From a virus, in the IMG/VR virus record IMGVR_UViG_3300017917_001172, positions 14,531-78,530 of that record: DNA of 64,000 nt. One strand, 5' to 3'. The notes beneath the pieces were generated by a model. The model was not told the DNA's origin. It saw only the letters and a program-made list of their open reading frames with translations, and did no database searches. A program made the position numbers and the translations under genes. Below, one piece after another: positions 18,740-27,801 of the stretch. Position 1 is the stretch's first letter, and each line of letters starts with the position of its first letter.

Positions 18740-19847
18740 CTACCCTCTCATCATCTGCAATCATATATAGCACCGCTAGATACTGTTGCGCTAGTTCTAA
18801 AGCGGCTTGATTGCCGATCAACACATCAGTGACCAACACCGATTGCTTGGCCTTTGTTGACACTTCTGTTGCGAAGCCTGGTTTGACCGTGATGTATTCC
18901 TTAGAGCAGGCATAGTAATCACTGGTCTTGGCCATGACCCTAGGCATGCTGTTGGTCCTGTACAAGAACACGTAATTGAGATCATTGGCCGTGCGCATTA
19001 GCTCGTTAAACTTCTGCCAGACCATGTTGCTCTGGCCAGGGTATGAATCCTCGGCGGGGAACTGGGCTTCGAGCAGCATGCGCCGCGGATCCGTGACGCC
19101 AAAGTGTTCCAGCAGGGATCTCGTAACGCCCATGCCATGCTTGAAAGCTAGCAAGCCCATCTTGAGCACATCGCCCTGTGGATCAAATCCATGTTGGTGC
19201 ATGCTCTCGATCAAAGCATCCGTGCAGTTAAGCATCTCGAGACCGTTGCTGGTCAGATCAAGCAACGGGTAGACCTTGCTGTATAGCTCAAACGATCCTG
19301 CGATGTCCAATAGCTCTTTCAGCTTAGGATCTATCTTCCATTCAGTGCTGTTGAATATCTTCATCTTGACCAGCTCTGCTATGTTGCATTCTAGCAGATC
19401 CAACGACCAATGCTTGGCAGTAGCATCCCACACCCAATGGCCAGGCATCTCACCAGAAGCTGTGCTGAGCTTGGCAATTACCTTTGGGTCATATGGGAAC
19501 TTGATGTAGATCCTCTTGTCTTCTATCCAAGCCGAGTGGGTCCTGTCTACTTCTCGGATCGGCAGCGAGAGCGGAATGTCTTCGCTTTCGAGATAGCTAG
19601 GGTCGAGTCCAAGCTGTGTCCACTGGCGCTTGTATTTTTGGATTACCTTGACGGCTAACAGGACCTGCCTATCAGTCAACCCAGTGTTATTCCTGATGCT
19701 CGTGCAGACGCTCTCAACAAACCTGATATCGTAGGTCGCTAGCTTGATGGGCTTGTTCCTGCGCCATGGGTCTTTGACAGTCTGTCCATTGATGTCGATC
19801 AAGCCGCCCATGAACAGCAACCAATCTTCTAGGAACTTCAGTGACAA
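18732..19847 (-). CDS. Hypothetical protein
   Basis: 371-aa ORF overlapping the uvsW start. Confidence 0.7.
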   Translation of the reverse strand: MSLKFLEDWLLFMGGLIDINGQTVKDPWRRNKPIKLATYDIRFVESVCTSIRNNTGLTDRQVLLAVKVIQKYKRQWTQLGLDPSYLESEDIPLSLPIREVDRTHSAWIEDKRIYIKFPYDPKVIAKLSTASGEMPGHWVWDATAKHWSLDLLECNIAELVKMKIFNSTEWKIDPKLKELLDIAGSFELYSKVYPLLDLTSNGLEMLNCTDALIESMHQHGFDPQGDVLKMGLLAFKHGMGVTRSLLEHFGVTDPRRMLLEAQFPAEDSYPGQSNMVWQKFNELMRTANDLNYVFLYRTNSMPRVMAKTSDYYACSKEYITVKPGFATEVSTKAKQSVLVTDVLIGNQAALELAQQYLAVLYMIADDERVDA

Positions 19848-19871
19848 AATAATTCTCCCATATCAATCTGC

Positions 19872-19914
19872 AAATAGAAAAGGGAGGATGAAGGCATTGC
19901 TGCCCTCATCCCCC
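19872..19914 (-). terminator. Rho-independent terminator after the AAA ATPase
   Basis: GGGGATGAGGGCA-GCAA-TGCCTTCATCCTCC followed by CTTTTCTATTT. Confidence 0.75.
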
Positions 19915-19956
19915 AAGTTGCCCCGCCCAAGCTAGGAGTCTCGGTGGGGAGTAGGA

Positions 19957-20964
19957 TCATGCATTCTTCATGCATGTGTTCTCTGCGATAGCCTTCCAAC
20001 GGTCCTCGCTCATGCGGCGCAGGTCAGCAAGCTTGATCGCCATGCGCAAGCTGACCTCGCGCAGCCTGGAAGACTTCTCAGTCATGAAGTCCAGGATCTC
20101 AGCTTCCTGCTCGTTGGTCATGCCGTAGGCTGGGAACAGCTGGCCCGTGCGAGCGATCTGCTTGATGCGCAGCAGCTTGTCGCGCATGGTATCGATCGTC
20201 AGGTCCAAGTAGTGGCAGCGTGACATCAGCGCAGCAAGGTGATCCTTGAGCTTGGTGCTCTTGACGCTGTCGAACTTGATGTTGGTGATGAAGATCACCG
20301 CGCCCTTGAAGTCGAACTTGTTGGGCACACCTTCGCGACGCAGCATGGCGCTGTCAGCGTTCCAGTGGATGGTACGCTTCTTGGAACTATCCAACGCAGC
20401 CTTGAGCACGTTGAGCGACACGTCTTCCATCAAGATGCTGTCGCAGTCGTCGAACACCAACACGTTGCCTTCATCGCTGAACTCATGCAGCTTGCAGTAG
20501 AGTCCGATCGGCGTCATCGCGCCCTTGACCACTTCGTACTTGCGGCGTCGACCTGCGAGGTCGTCCAGTAAGCCGCTCTTCTGGAGCTCAGCTTCAACGC
20601 CAAAGCTCTTACCAACACCCGGCGGACCAACCACGATCATCGCACGGACGTCACCGTTAACGGTAGCAGCAGTCATCTCATCGAGGATGGCAAATCGCTC
20701 GCCAATACGCTCCATGACCTGCTCGTCCGTCTCAGCCTGCACTTCCTTGATAGGCGTCAATACCTGCATGTCTTCTCCGTCAACTTCGATATCATTCTCA
20801 TCAACCAACACGCGGATGACGCCGCGCTCGGGCAAGATACCCGTAGCGTCAACAGTCACGTACCCACCCTTGGCACCCTCTTGGTAGCCCTTGACGAGCG
20901 GAAAGGTGCAATTGACAACCGGGGCATTCCGATACATGCCGTTCTTGATTGTGATGTACTGCAT
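19957..20964 (-). CDS. AAA+ P-loop ATPase (early gene)
   Basis: GPPGVGKS, VLVFDDCD, FITN, SRC; AGGAGG SD. Confidence 0.85.
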   Translation of the reverse strand: MQYITIKNGMYRNAPVVNCTFPLVKGYQEGAKGGYVTVDATGILPERGVIRVLVDENDIEVDGEDMQVLTPIKEVQAETDEQVMERIGERFAILDEMTAATVNGDVRAMIVVGPPGVGKSFGVEAELQKSGLLDDLAGRRRKYEVVKGAMTPIGLYCKLHEFSDEGNVLVFDDCDSILMEDVSLNVLKAALDSSKKRTIHWNADSAMLRREGVPNKFDFKGAVIFITNIKFDSVKSTKLKDHLAALMSRCHYLDLTIDTMRDKLLRIKQIARTGQLFPAYGMTNEQEAEILDFMTEKSSRLREVSLRMAIKLADLRRMSEDRWKAIAENTCMKNA

Positions 20965-20998
20965 TAGGACCTCCTAGCTTCCTTGTTGCTGTCTACAC

Positions 20999-21026
20999 AT
21001 ATTAGCACCTGCACTAGGTGCGTCAA
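20999..21026 (-). promoter_or_regulatory. Sigma70-type early promoter
   Basis: TTGACG-16-TAATAT preceded by TGC. Confidence 0.7.
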
Positions 21027-21034
21027 CTGAAAAA

Positions 21035-21277
21035 TCAGTACTGACCCGAAAGAAGTGCTGCCTTGGCTTCGTTCAGCATCTTGGCCTTGGCGCGGAGCGG
21101 AGCGCCACGGAGCTCACCGTCGCAGCAAAGGTTCTCAGGGGAAAGATCACACTCGAGCGAGTCGAGAAGCTCGCGGGCGTCCTTGGGGGAAATGTTTGCG
21201 GGATCAATCTGCGGCTGGTTGAACCACATGCGCTGCATATTACGCTGGGCAATGTACTGGGTGAGGTACTTGTTCAT
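21035..21277 (-). CDS. Hypothetical phage protein
   Basis: LSPENLCCDGEL motif; AAGGAG SD. Confidence 0.75.
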   Translation of the reverse strand: MNKYLTQYIAQRNMQRMWFNQPQIDPANISPKDARELLDSLECDLSPENLCCDGELRGAPLRAKAKMLNEAKAALLSGQY

Positions 21278-21287
21278 CGCTATCTCC

Positions 21288-21434
21288 TTAGCGGTTGAAG
21301 ATCTGGAAGCACGTATCGTAGGAATGCTTTTCCTGGCACTTGGTCATCTCAGCGTTATTGCTGTAGCTGAGAGTCACGAAGCTCATCACACCGTAAACCG
21401 TTGCAGCAACCAGTACCCAAAACATCGTACGCAT
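21288..21434 (-). CDS. Small membrane/secreted protein, 48 aa (not in ORF track)
   Basis: MRTMFWVLVAATVYGVMSFVTLSYSNNAEMTKCQEKHSYDTCFQIFNR; AAGGAG SD and own promoter. Confidence 0.7.
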   Translation of the reverse strand: MRTMFWVLVAATVYGVMSFVTLSYSNNAEMTKCQEKHSYDTCFQIFNR

Positions 21435-21460
21435 CTACTTGCTCCTTGCTCTATACACAC

Positions 21461-21488
21461 ATAATATAGCCAAACACACAGGGGTCAA
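21461..21488 (-). promoter_or_regulatory. Sigma70-type early promoter
   Basis: TTGACC-16-TATTAT. Confidence 0.65.
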
Positions 21489-21518
21489 CCAAAAAGATTG
21501 TGCTTGTTTTTCAATGAC

Positions 21519-22046
21519 TTACGTGTAGGTAGTCAGTAAGTCATTGATATAATTGTCGTCTGCTTCACCCAAATCTTTGTAGAGTTCAACAGTGTGGCTG
21601 TCATGTCCAAATTTGGCAAGCTTGCGACCAGCAGCATCGTTATCGCAAATTGCAACGACTTTGCGAGTAGCTTTAACGATAAAGAGCCATTCGCGAGTGG
21701 TATCGTCCAAATCGTTACTTAACGTAGCAATAGCACTAACACCCTTTGCGGTTAGCCTTGCAGCATCGAAAATACCCTCAGTGACATAAAGGGTATTGGT
21801 CAAGTGCCAGCTTTCCAAGCCCCAAACAGCTAGAGCACGTTCCTTTTTATAGGTGTAATACCTGCTCATTTTTGGGTCATTATCGCGGTGCTTATCCTTG
21901 TCAGGACGATACCTTTGATATCCAGCCAACTTGCCGCTAAGGTTCCAAAGCGGAAACGTAGCAGTCCGCTCGATTTCATCGATCCAAACTGTATGCAATG
22001 CGAGGTCTAAATGTCTCGCTTTCAAATTTTCTAATACAGTGGTCAT
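21519..22046 (-). CDS. Small Toprim-domain (primase-like) protein
   Basis: FPLWNLSGKLAGYQRYRP, VTEGIFDA, CDNDAAG, KDLGE; no Zn finger. Confidence 0.75.
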   Translation of the reverse strand: MTTVLENLKARHLDLALHTVWIDEIERTATFPLWNLSGKLAGYQRYRPDKDKHRDNDPKMSRYYTYKKERALAVWGLESWHLTNTLYVTEGIFDAARLTAKGVSAIATLSNDLDDTTREWLFIVKATRKVVAICDNDAAGRKLAKFGHDSHTVELYKDLGEADDNYINDLLTTYT

Positions 22047-22119
22047 ATTTGCGTCCTGTTATTGTTTATACAATAGCAGAAATTGGATCAAGCACAATCG
22101 AAAAGATTGCCCTGCTAGA

Positions 22120-22446
22120 TCAAGCACTTAGCAGGGCATTCAGCACGGGCTTGTGCTTCTTAACAAGCTCGCGCTCACGCTCGTGGGCCTCAGCCTTGCC
22201 CCGCACGACCTCGATCAGCTCAAGCTTGGGCTCGTGGCGCTCTACACTGCGCAGGGCTTCGTAGATGAACCAGTTCCAACGATCAGGGTCGTTGCGGCGA
22301 TACCAATGCTTGTTATAGCGGCGCTTGATGCTGGTGATCACGCCCCCGTCCACGACGGTGACCCCAATGTAGCTCTGCTTGCCCACTGTGATACGGTAGA
22401 TAGCATGCTTACGGTCTTTGCGGCGCTTGCGCTTCTTCGTTTCCAT
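22120..22446 (-). CDS. GIY-YIG-like protein
   Basis: AIYRI..SYIGVT..RR..KH..ERELV...LN. Confidence 0.6.
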   Translation of the reverse strand: METKKRKRRKDRKHAIYRITVGKQSYIGVTVVDGGVITSIKRRYNKHWYRRNDPDRWNWFIYEALRSVERHEPKLELIEVVRGKAEAHERERELVKKHKPVLNALLSA

Positions 22447-22452
22447 ACTGCT

Positions 22453-22480
22453 ATAATAGCACCGTTTAGGGGTGGGTCAA
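22453..22480 (-). promoter_or_regulatory. Sigma70-type promoter, leaderless
   Basis: TTGACC-16-TATTAT; ATG 6 nt downstream. Confidence 0.7.
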
Positions 22481-22510
22481 CCAGAAAAATGCCCAAAAAT
22501 ACCCCTAAAA

Positions 22511-22550
22511 GATCAATGACTTAGCGAGTCCAATGATTTCAATGACTTAG
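22511..22550. repeat. Direct repeat TCAATGACTTAG x2 (IHF-site-like); third copy at 21509-21521
   Basis: GATCAATGACTTAG (22511) and TTTCAATGACTTAG (22537) resemble WATCAANNNNTTR. Confidence 0.6.
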
Positions 22551-22553
22551 CGG

Positions 22554-22964
22554 TTAGCCCTGCAAGCGCAACTTAATATTGTAGTCTGAGAACTTGTCCT
22601 TCCAGGCCCAAAACGTCTTGCCGTGATCTATGCGGTTTTGGAACTCTACCTGATATTGGTGCACCATCTCATGTGCAAGGACTTCTATGAATTGGCGCTT
22701 GCTCTTGAACTTGAGGTTCATGACTATGCGATCGCAGGTGGGCTTGCTCAGGGGCGGTTTACCATCATCTAGCGTGCCATAGCAGATGCCGTATGCATCA
22801 GACATGTACTTGATCTGCAGGAGTGGGCGCTTGAGCTGATCATCAAACAAGCAATGGTTTATGATGTTGTACGCGCGGCTTAGCTGCCTAGGGGTTGGAC
22901 TAAAGGGTTCAGCTTTTACGCTGGCTCCTGCGAGATACTTCTTGAAATAAGCCCGCTTGCCCAT
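22554..22964 (-). CDS. SprT-like zinc metalloprotease
   Basis: LAHEMVH...HGKTF. Confidence 0.8.
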   Translation of the reverse strand: MGKRAYFKKYLAGASVKAEPFSPTPRQLSRAYNIINHCLFDDQLKRPLLQIKYMSDAYGICYGTLDDGKPPLSKPTCDRIVMNLKFKSKRQFIEVLAHEMVHQYQVEFQNRIDHGKTFWAWKDKFSDYNIKLRLQG

Positions 22965-23022
22965 TTGATCTCCCCATGCAAATACTTATTCGTACAGCCT
23001 GGATCAAAAACAACTGATATTT

Positions 23023-23736
23023 TTAGAGGTGCGTCCAGTTCTTGGTGAGGATCTTTTCGGTGATCTCATGGGGTTTTGGCTTGCCGTGGAATATGACCAT
23101 CTTGCAATCCTTTGGTATCACGCTGGCTGGCTCTTCCCTGTGATATTGGCTAGTGCGTCCATTCTTGTGTCCGCCCCTCCAGATCTCCCAACGATAGCTC
23201 ATGGCCCATTCGTGCGGCCATCTCTGATACTGTTTTACTTCTGATTGTATGAAATCCTGATCACCCCGGTGTTTTGCCATGTTCTCATCACGGGCTGACT
23301 GGAACCGTTCATACAACCAATGCATGTCAGAATCCGACCATGCCATGACAGAACTGTTCAATCCGTCATATCTAGGAATGAAGGCTCGATTAAAATCCTG
23401 GCAGATAACGAAGCTAGGGTTGCTGTAGTTCCACATCTCCGTGCAGTTACCAGTGACGATAACATCTAGATCAACATACAAGTTTCGACCCTGCAGATTG
23501 TGGGCAGCGTTGAATATCTCCATCTTGAACCACCACCCTCGGCTGGATGGTACTCGCCATGAAGGAAGATTATGTATGACCATGCCAGGCATGCGCTGTA
23601 TGTGCGAAGCATCATCAGTGAACACATGGAATGCAAAGTTCTTGTCCATGTGTCTCTTGAATCCACAATAGAGATTGAAGACGTATTCAGGTCCGTAGAG
23701 CTTGCCCCACTTCACGCATATCAGATTACGTTGCAC
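23023..23736 (-). CDS. Glycosyltransferase (GT-A fold)
   Basis: CVKWG..YGPEYV, FTDD, WWFK, DLD, NSSVM, GDQDFI, FHGKPKP. Confidence 0.8.
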   Translation of the reverse strand: MQRNLICVKWGKLYGPEYVFNLYCGFKRHMDKNFAFHVFTDDASHIQRMPGMVIHNLPSWRVPSSRGWWFKMEIFNAAHNLQGRNLYVDLDVIVTGNCTEMWNYSNPSFVICQDFNRAFIPRYDGLNSSVMAWSDSDMHWLYERFQSARDENMAKHRGDQDFIQSEVKQYQRWPHEWAMSYRWEIWRGGHKNGRTSQYHREEPASVIPKDCKMVIFHGKPKPHEITEKILTKNWTHL

Positions 23737-24070
23737 CGCCTACTGAATCCCGTTCTATGTCGTTGTGTGAGAACTCTGCCCAGTAGAGCTCAAAGCATAC
23801 ACAATCTTCCTTGCAGACGAACTTGTGTTTCTCACCAGGTGGAACCTTGGTGTATTCGCCAGCCTTGAGAACCGTGACGTCAACTAGATCATAATCGTTC
23901 TTCCAGACATGTATCTCTAACACACCTGATTCCACGAAGAAACCATTCCACTTGTATTTGTGCAGATGCTTGCTGCATTGATAGCCAGCTTTGATCTCTG
24001 CTCTATGGAATTCTAGGACACCGTTAGCTTCCACCAACTCAGTGCTGCCCCATACCTTGCCTTGCCTCAT
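23726..24070 (-). CDS. Cupin-fold protein (sugar isomerase/epimerase-like)
   Basis: KVWG, CSKHLHKYK..FFVESG, VPPGEKHKF. Confidence 0.75.
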   Translation of the reverse strand: MRQGKVWGSTELVEANGVLEFHRAEIKAGYQCSKHLHKYKWNGFFVESGVLEIHVWKNDYDLVDVTVLKAGEYTKVPPGEKHKFVCKEDCVCFELYWAEFSHNDIERDSVGGAT

Positions 24071-24755
24071 ATATCCTCCTTGCTAATTCTAGATCACTTG
24101 GTGTGTTTACTTCACCTTCAATTTGTTGCACCCTCATGGCACCGATGGTTGAACCATACTCTAACCATCTTATTTGTTCCAGATTTTCGATATACTCGAG
24201 AGTGTTTTCGCTGCCTGCCGTCAAGGCAAATACACGCAAGGTCGGGCGCCTGAAAGCATAGACTCCTGCATGTGCGAATCCATGCTTTAACGGCGACCTC
24301 GTGAACCAATGTGCTCGCATGAGATTGCCTTCCACATAGCTGCATATTGCCTTGACAGTGTGCGGGTTCATCTGTTCGCTTTCACTGATGTCGTAAACTA
24401 TCGTGCCAACATCAAAGCCGTGCTCTAAGGGAAGAGTTGATGTCAATATCTGCATGGGATGGATGAATGGCAAGTCGCCTTGACAGTTTATGAATATGTC
24501 CTCATCAAACAAATCCACGACGGATGCTACTCTATCCGTGCCTGTCAGTGCGTCTTCGGTGATCCTAACATCTACATCAGGTAGTGCTTCTTTGAGTTGT
24601 TTGCTGTCAGTGAGCACCGTTACCGGATAACCAGTTGCCGCTGCCTTGTCATAGACATGCCGTATGAGCGGCCTATCGCCTATCATCTCTAGAGGTTTAC
24701 CGGGCAATCTCTTGCTGGACATCCTGGCAGGTATGAGTATTCGCACTTTCTTCAT
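24039..24755 (-). CDS. kdsB: CMP-Kdo synthetase (Kdo cytidylyltransferase)
   Basis: IPARMSSKRLPGKPL, TGTDRV, NCQGDLP, GVYAFR, LEYIENLEQIRWLE, VNTPSDL. Confidence 0.9.
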   Translation of the reverse strand: MKKVRILIPARMSSKRLPGKPLEMIGDRPLIRHVYDKAAATGYPVTVLTDSKQLKEALPDVDVRITEDALTGTDRVASVVDLFDEDIFINCQGDLPFIHPMQILTSTLPLEHGFDVGTIVYDISESEQMNPHTVKAICSYVEGNLMRAHWFTRSPLKHGFAHAGVYAFRRPTLRVFALTAGSENTLEYIENLEQIRWLEYGSTIGAMRVQQIEGEVNTPSDLELARRIYEARQGMGQH

Positions 24756-25501
24756 CTCATGATCCTTGTCAGAGTCGCTCTCAGATCCTTAATGTCTATC
24801 ATGTTAGGGCCATCGCTTGGTGCATTATCTGGATCATCATGCGTTTCCATGAACAAGCCATCAATGCCTATGGCATAAGCGGCTTTAGCGAGTGGTTCCA
24901 CGAACTCCCTCTGTCCTCCAGAACTGGTTCCATTGCCGCCTGGTTGCTGCACGGCATGAGTAGCGTCGAATATGATAGGCTTGCCAAACTGTTTCATGAT
25001 AGGGATACCTCGGAAGTCTACTACCAAGGTGTTATAACCAAAGCTAGTACCACGCTCAGTGAGCCATACATCGTTGTTTGGAATCTTTGCTATCACGTTC
25101 TTCATGTCCCACGGTGCTAGGAACTGTCCCTTCTTGACGTTGACTATGTCTACAGCTTCTCCTGCTGCCTGTAACAGATCTGTCTGCCTGCAAAGGAAGG
25201 CAGGTATCTGCAATACGTCTACAGAAAAAGCTAGCTTCGGACATTGCCAAGTCTCATGCACGTCTGTCAGAGTCTTGACCTTGAAGCCTTCTCTTATTCC
25301 TTGCAGGATGTCTGCGCCCTCTTCTAATCCAACACCGCGGGCACCTCTTGCGCTGGTCCTGTTAGCTTTGTCGTAGCTTGACTTGTAATAAAAGTCTATA
25401 TCACGAAATGGACTGATCGCATCGAGGATCAATTCGCACATCTTGGTAGCATGCTCTCGAGATTCTATCTGGCAGGGGCCTAGTATGAGCTTAAACGTCA
25501 C
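24752..25501 (-). CDS. kdsA: Kdo-8-phosphate synthase
   Basis: GPCQIES, KSSYDKANRTS, QIPAFLCRQTDLL, KKGQFLAP, ERG.SFGY, DATHAVQ.PG, SDG; GTG start with GAGGAGG. Confidence 0.95.
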   Translation of the reverse strand: MTFKLILGPCQIESREHATKMCELILDAISPFRDIDFYYKSSYDKANRTSARGARGVGLEEGADILQGIREGFKVKTLTDVHETWQCPKLAFSVDVLQIPAFLCRQTDLLQAAGEAVDIVNVKKGQFLAPWDMKNVIAKIPNNDVWLTERGTSFGYNTLVVDFRGIPIMKQFGKPIIFDATHAVQQPGGNGTSSGGQREFVEPLAKAAYAIGIDGLFMETHDDPDNAPSDGPNMIDIKDLRATLTRIMR

Positions 25502-26246
25502 GGATGATGTCCTCCTCGATGCAATTGGTTCCAAACTGTATCTCTACTACTTTCACTGGTTGTTCTGTGATGTTGAACAACCTGTGCCACTCGTTTGGTT
25601 TGATCTCTAGCTTGCCGTGCGTTGGTATCATCATCACATGCTCGGGTGTGCCTAGCCCTACGCTAGCAGTGCCGCCGCTCACTAGCCATATCTCTGATCT
25701 ATGTTCGTGCTTTTGCCTGCTGAGGCTCTTGCCGGGATCTACCACTAGCTCCTTGACCTTGACTGTCTGTCCTTCTGAATGTAGCACTCTGTAATAGCCC
25801 CATGGGCGCACGGTCTTAGGTGCCTTCCATTCTTCCAATATCCAGCTGCTGGAGTTTGCCTTGTTCTCTCCACCTATGCCAAACAGGAACTCAACGCCTG
25901 ATTCTGTCATCTCAGGAATGTTTTCAACAGTCCTGTCACCGCCGTTCATGAAACGTATGTGATGGCTAGCAAACATCTCCTTGACTTTCTGTATGGCATT
26001 ACGTGCTGAGCCATCGCTGTCATCAAAGTCTATGACATAGTTGATGCCTTGTATGGCTTGCAAGACAGCCGCACGTTCTGACCATGGCATGAAGGGCCGT
26101 CCCTTCTTGCGAGTTAACCACCCGTCTGAGTTAAGCCCTACTACCAATATGTCACAGTGCCTAGCCGCTGACTTTATGTAATTTATGTGACCGCTGTGTA
26201 TGGGATCAAACCCACCCGTGATCAAACCAATGTCTAATTTTGCCAT
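25491..26246 (-). CDS. HIGH-family nucleotidyltransferase fused to a mannose-6P-isomerase-type cupin
   Basis: GGFDPIHSGH, GLNSD.WL.RKKG, NGGDR, KANSSS; then RPWGYY, LSRQKH.HRSE.W, EEDIIR. Confidence 0.85.
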   Translation of the reverse strand: MAKLDIGLITGGFDPIHSGHINYIKSAARHCDILVVGLNSDGWLTRKKGRPFMPWSERAAVLQAIQGINYVIDFDDSDGSARNAIQKVKEMFASHHIRFMNGGDRTVENIPEMTESGVEFLFGIGGENKANSSSWILEEWKAPKTVRPWGYYRVLHSEGQTVKVKELVVDPGKSLSRQKHEHRSEIWLVSGGTASVGLGTPEHVMMIPTHGKLEIKPNEWHRLFNITEQPVKVVEIQFGTNCIEEDIIRDV

Positions 26247-26292
26247 CTTAGCCTCACATAAATATGACACTATTATATATCAGGAATCAAAA

Positions 26293-26982
26293 ATGAGCAA
26301 ACGAGTTTACATCGGTTGGGATAGCAGGGAAGACATCGCATATCAAGTAGCAAGGCATAGCATATTGAAGCATGCACACGGTGTTGACGTAGTTCCACTA
26401 AAGCTACATGAGCTCAAGGATCAGGGGTTGGTCACAAGACCAGACGATCCCAAAGCCAGCACGCAGTTCACTTTCACTAGATTCCTGGTGCCACATCTAA
26501 ACAAGTATCGAGGATGGGCGTTGTTCGTAGACTGCGATTTTCTCTTCCGAAGCGATGTCAACGAGCTGTTTGATCTAGCAGATCCCAGCAAGGCAGTGAT
26601 GGTAGCCAAGCACGAATATAACGTCGCAGATGGTTCAGCCAAGATGGACGGTAAGGTACAGCATGCCTATCCTAGGAAGAACTGGTCAAGCTGCATCTTG
26701 TTCAACTGCGCACACCCTAAGAACATACAAGGACTAGATCCTCTAGTGATCAACGAAGCGACCATGAGCCACTTGCATCAGTTCCGCTGGCTAGACGACG
26801 AGGATATCGGCGAGATACCTCACACATGGAACTGGCTAGTTGGGCATTATCACGAGCCCAAGGATGGCATTCCAGATGCTGTTCATTACACGCTAGGTGG
26901 GCCTTGGTTTGATGAATACAAGGATGTTGAATACGGACATCTCTGGGACGAAGCCAAGAACGAATATTACAAGAGCTGGTGA
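26293..26982 (+). CDS. Glycosyltransferase (GT8-like)
   Basis: YIGWDSRE, STQFTFTRF, DCD, YPRKNWSS, HYTLGGPW; ATAAATA at 26258. Confidence 0.85.
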   Translation: MSKRVYIGWDSREDIAYQVARHSILKHAHGVDVVPLKLHELKDQGLVTRPDDPKASTQFTFTRFLVPHLNKYRGWALFVDCDFLFRSDVNELFDLADPSKAVMVAKHEYNVADGSAKMDGKVQHAYPRKNWSSCILFNCAHPKNIQGLDPLVINEATMSHLHQFRWLDDEDIGEIPHTWNWLVGHYHEPKDGIPDAVHYTLGGPWFDEYKDVEYGHLWDEAKNEYYKSW

Positions 26983-27776
26983 AGCACTTCCTGCGCTAAG
27001 CCCGATTGCATCTCTGCTTTAGTGAACTGCCTATAGCTGAGAGTGTTGATCCAGCTTTGCCTTTCTGGCATGCGGGGTTTTTCTATGCTGCTCAATTGAT
27101 CTGTAGATATGGTAGAAGTTGCAGACGACGGGTGTGATATCACAGGTATCCCAGCTATCGCTGCTTCTACTCCAACTATGCTAGCCAGGGTAACTACTGC
27201 CCAGCAGTCTTTTAAGTCTTCTGCTACAGATTTGGTTTCTACCATAGGGCCACTGGTGCCATTCTTTCGCGGCTTGTTCCTGATCACGATTGGCCTGTCT
27301 GTGTGTTTCTTGAGCTCTGCTAGGGTCTCGTTCAACCACTGTTTCGCATATCTCCCTGTCACCCAGCTAGTCATGGTATCGCTGCTGGGTGCTATCAATA
27401 TGTGGCTACCTGATTTGCGCCAGTCTCTGAGGCTTAAACCTAAAGATTTTACTCTATCCTCGGGATAATCGTTTGCTCTAGTCTCATGCAATCCGTTTGG
27501 AATCAAGCGCCAATGGCAAGTCTCAGCAGTGTGTTCTCCCATCCATCTGTTAAAATAAGGCATGTCGGCGAACAGCCATGGAATCTTTTGATTCACGCAA
27601 GCTTTGCTTATGTTGAAATTCTCTGGCCTTAATCCCCATATGCAGACTGGCCTAGAATCTGGTTGCCAGTGATTGTATATGGTAGATCCTGCCCACCCCT
27701 GTTGCAAGGGCGTGAGCACCTGCCAGCATTTGCTGGTGGGTTTATTTTTAGGTCCTATGATGTTTAAGCCAGCCAT
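26967..27776 (-). CDS. KpsS/KpsC (capsule synthesis)-like GT-B protein
   Basis: PIVIRNKP..CWAVVTLASIVGVEAAIAGIPV; paralogue of 31308 and 33605. Confidence 0.6.
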   Translation of the reverse strand: MAGLNIIGPKNKPTSKCWQVLTPLQQGWAGSTIYNHWQPDSRPVCIWGLRPENFNISKACVNQKIPWLFADMPYFNRWMGEHTAETCHWRLIPNGLHETRANDYPEDRVKSLGLSLRDWRKSGSHILIAPSSDTMTSWVTGRYAKQWLNETLAELKKHTDRPIVIRNKPRKNGTSGPMVETKSVAEDLKDCWAVVTLASIVGVEAAIAGIPVISHPSSATSTISTDQLSSIEKPRMPERQSWINTLSYRQFTKAEMQSGLAQEVLHQLL

Positions 27777-27788
27777 TATGTATGTAGT

Positions 27789-27796
27789 TATAAATA
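27789..27796 (+). promoter_or_regulatory. T4 late promoter TATAAATA driving the 27802-32135 operon
   Basis: Exact consensus 5 nt before ATG 27802. Confidence 0.75.
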
Positions 27797-27801
27797 GCTG
27801 C

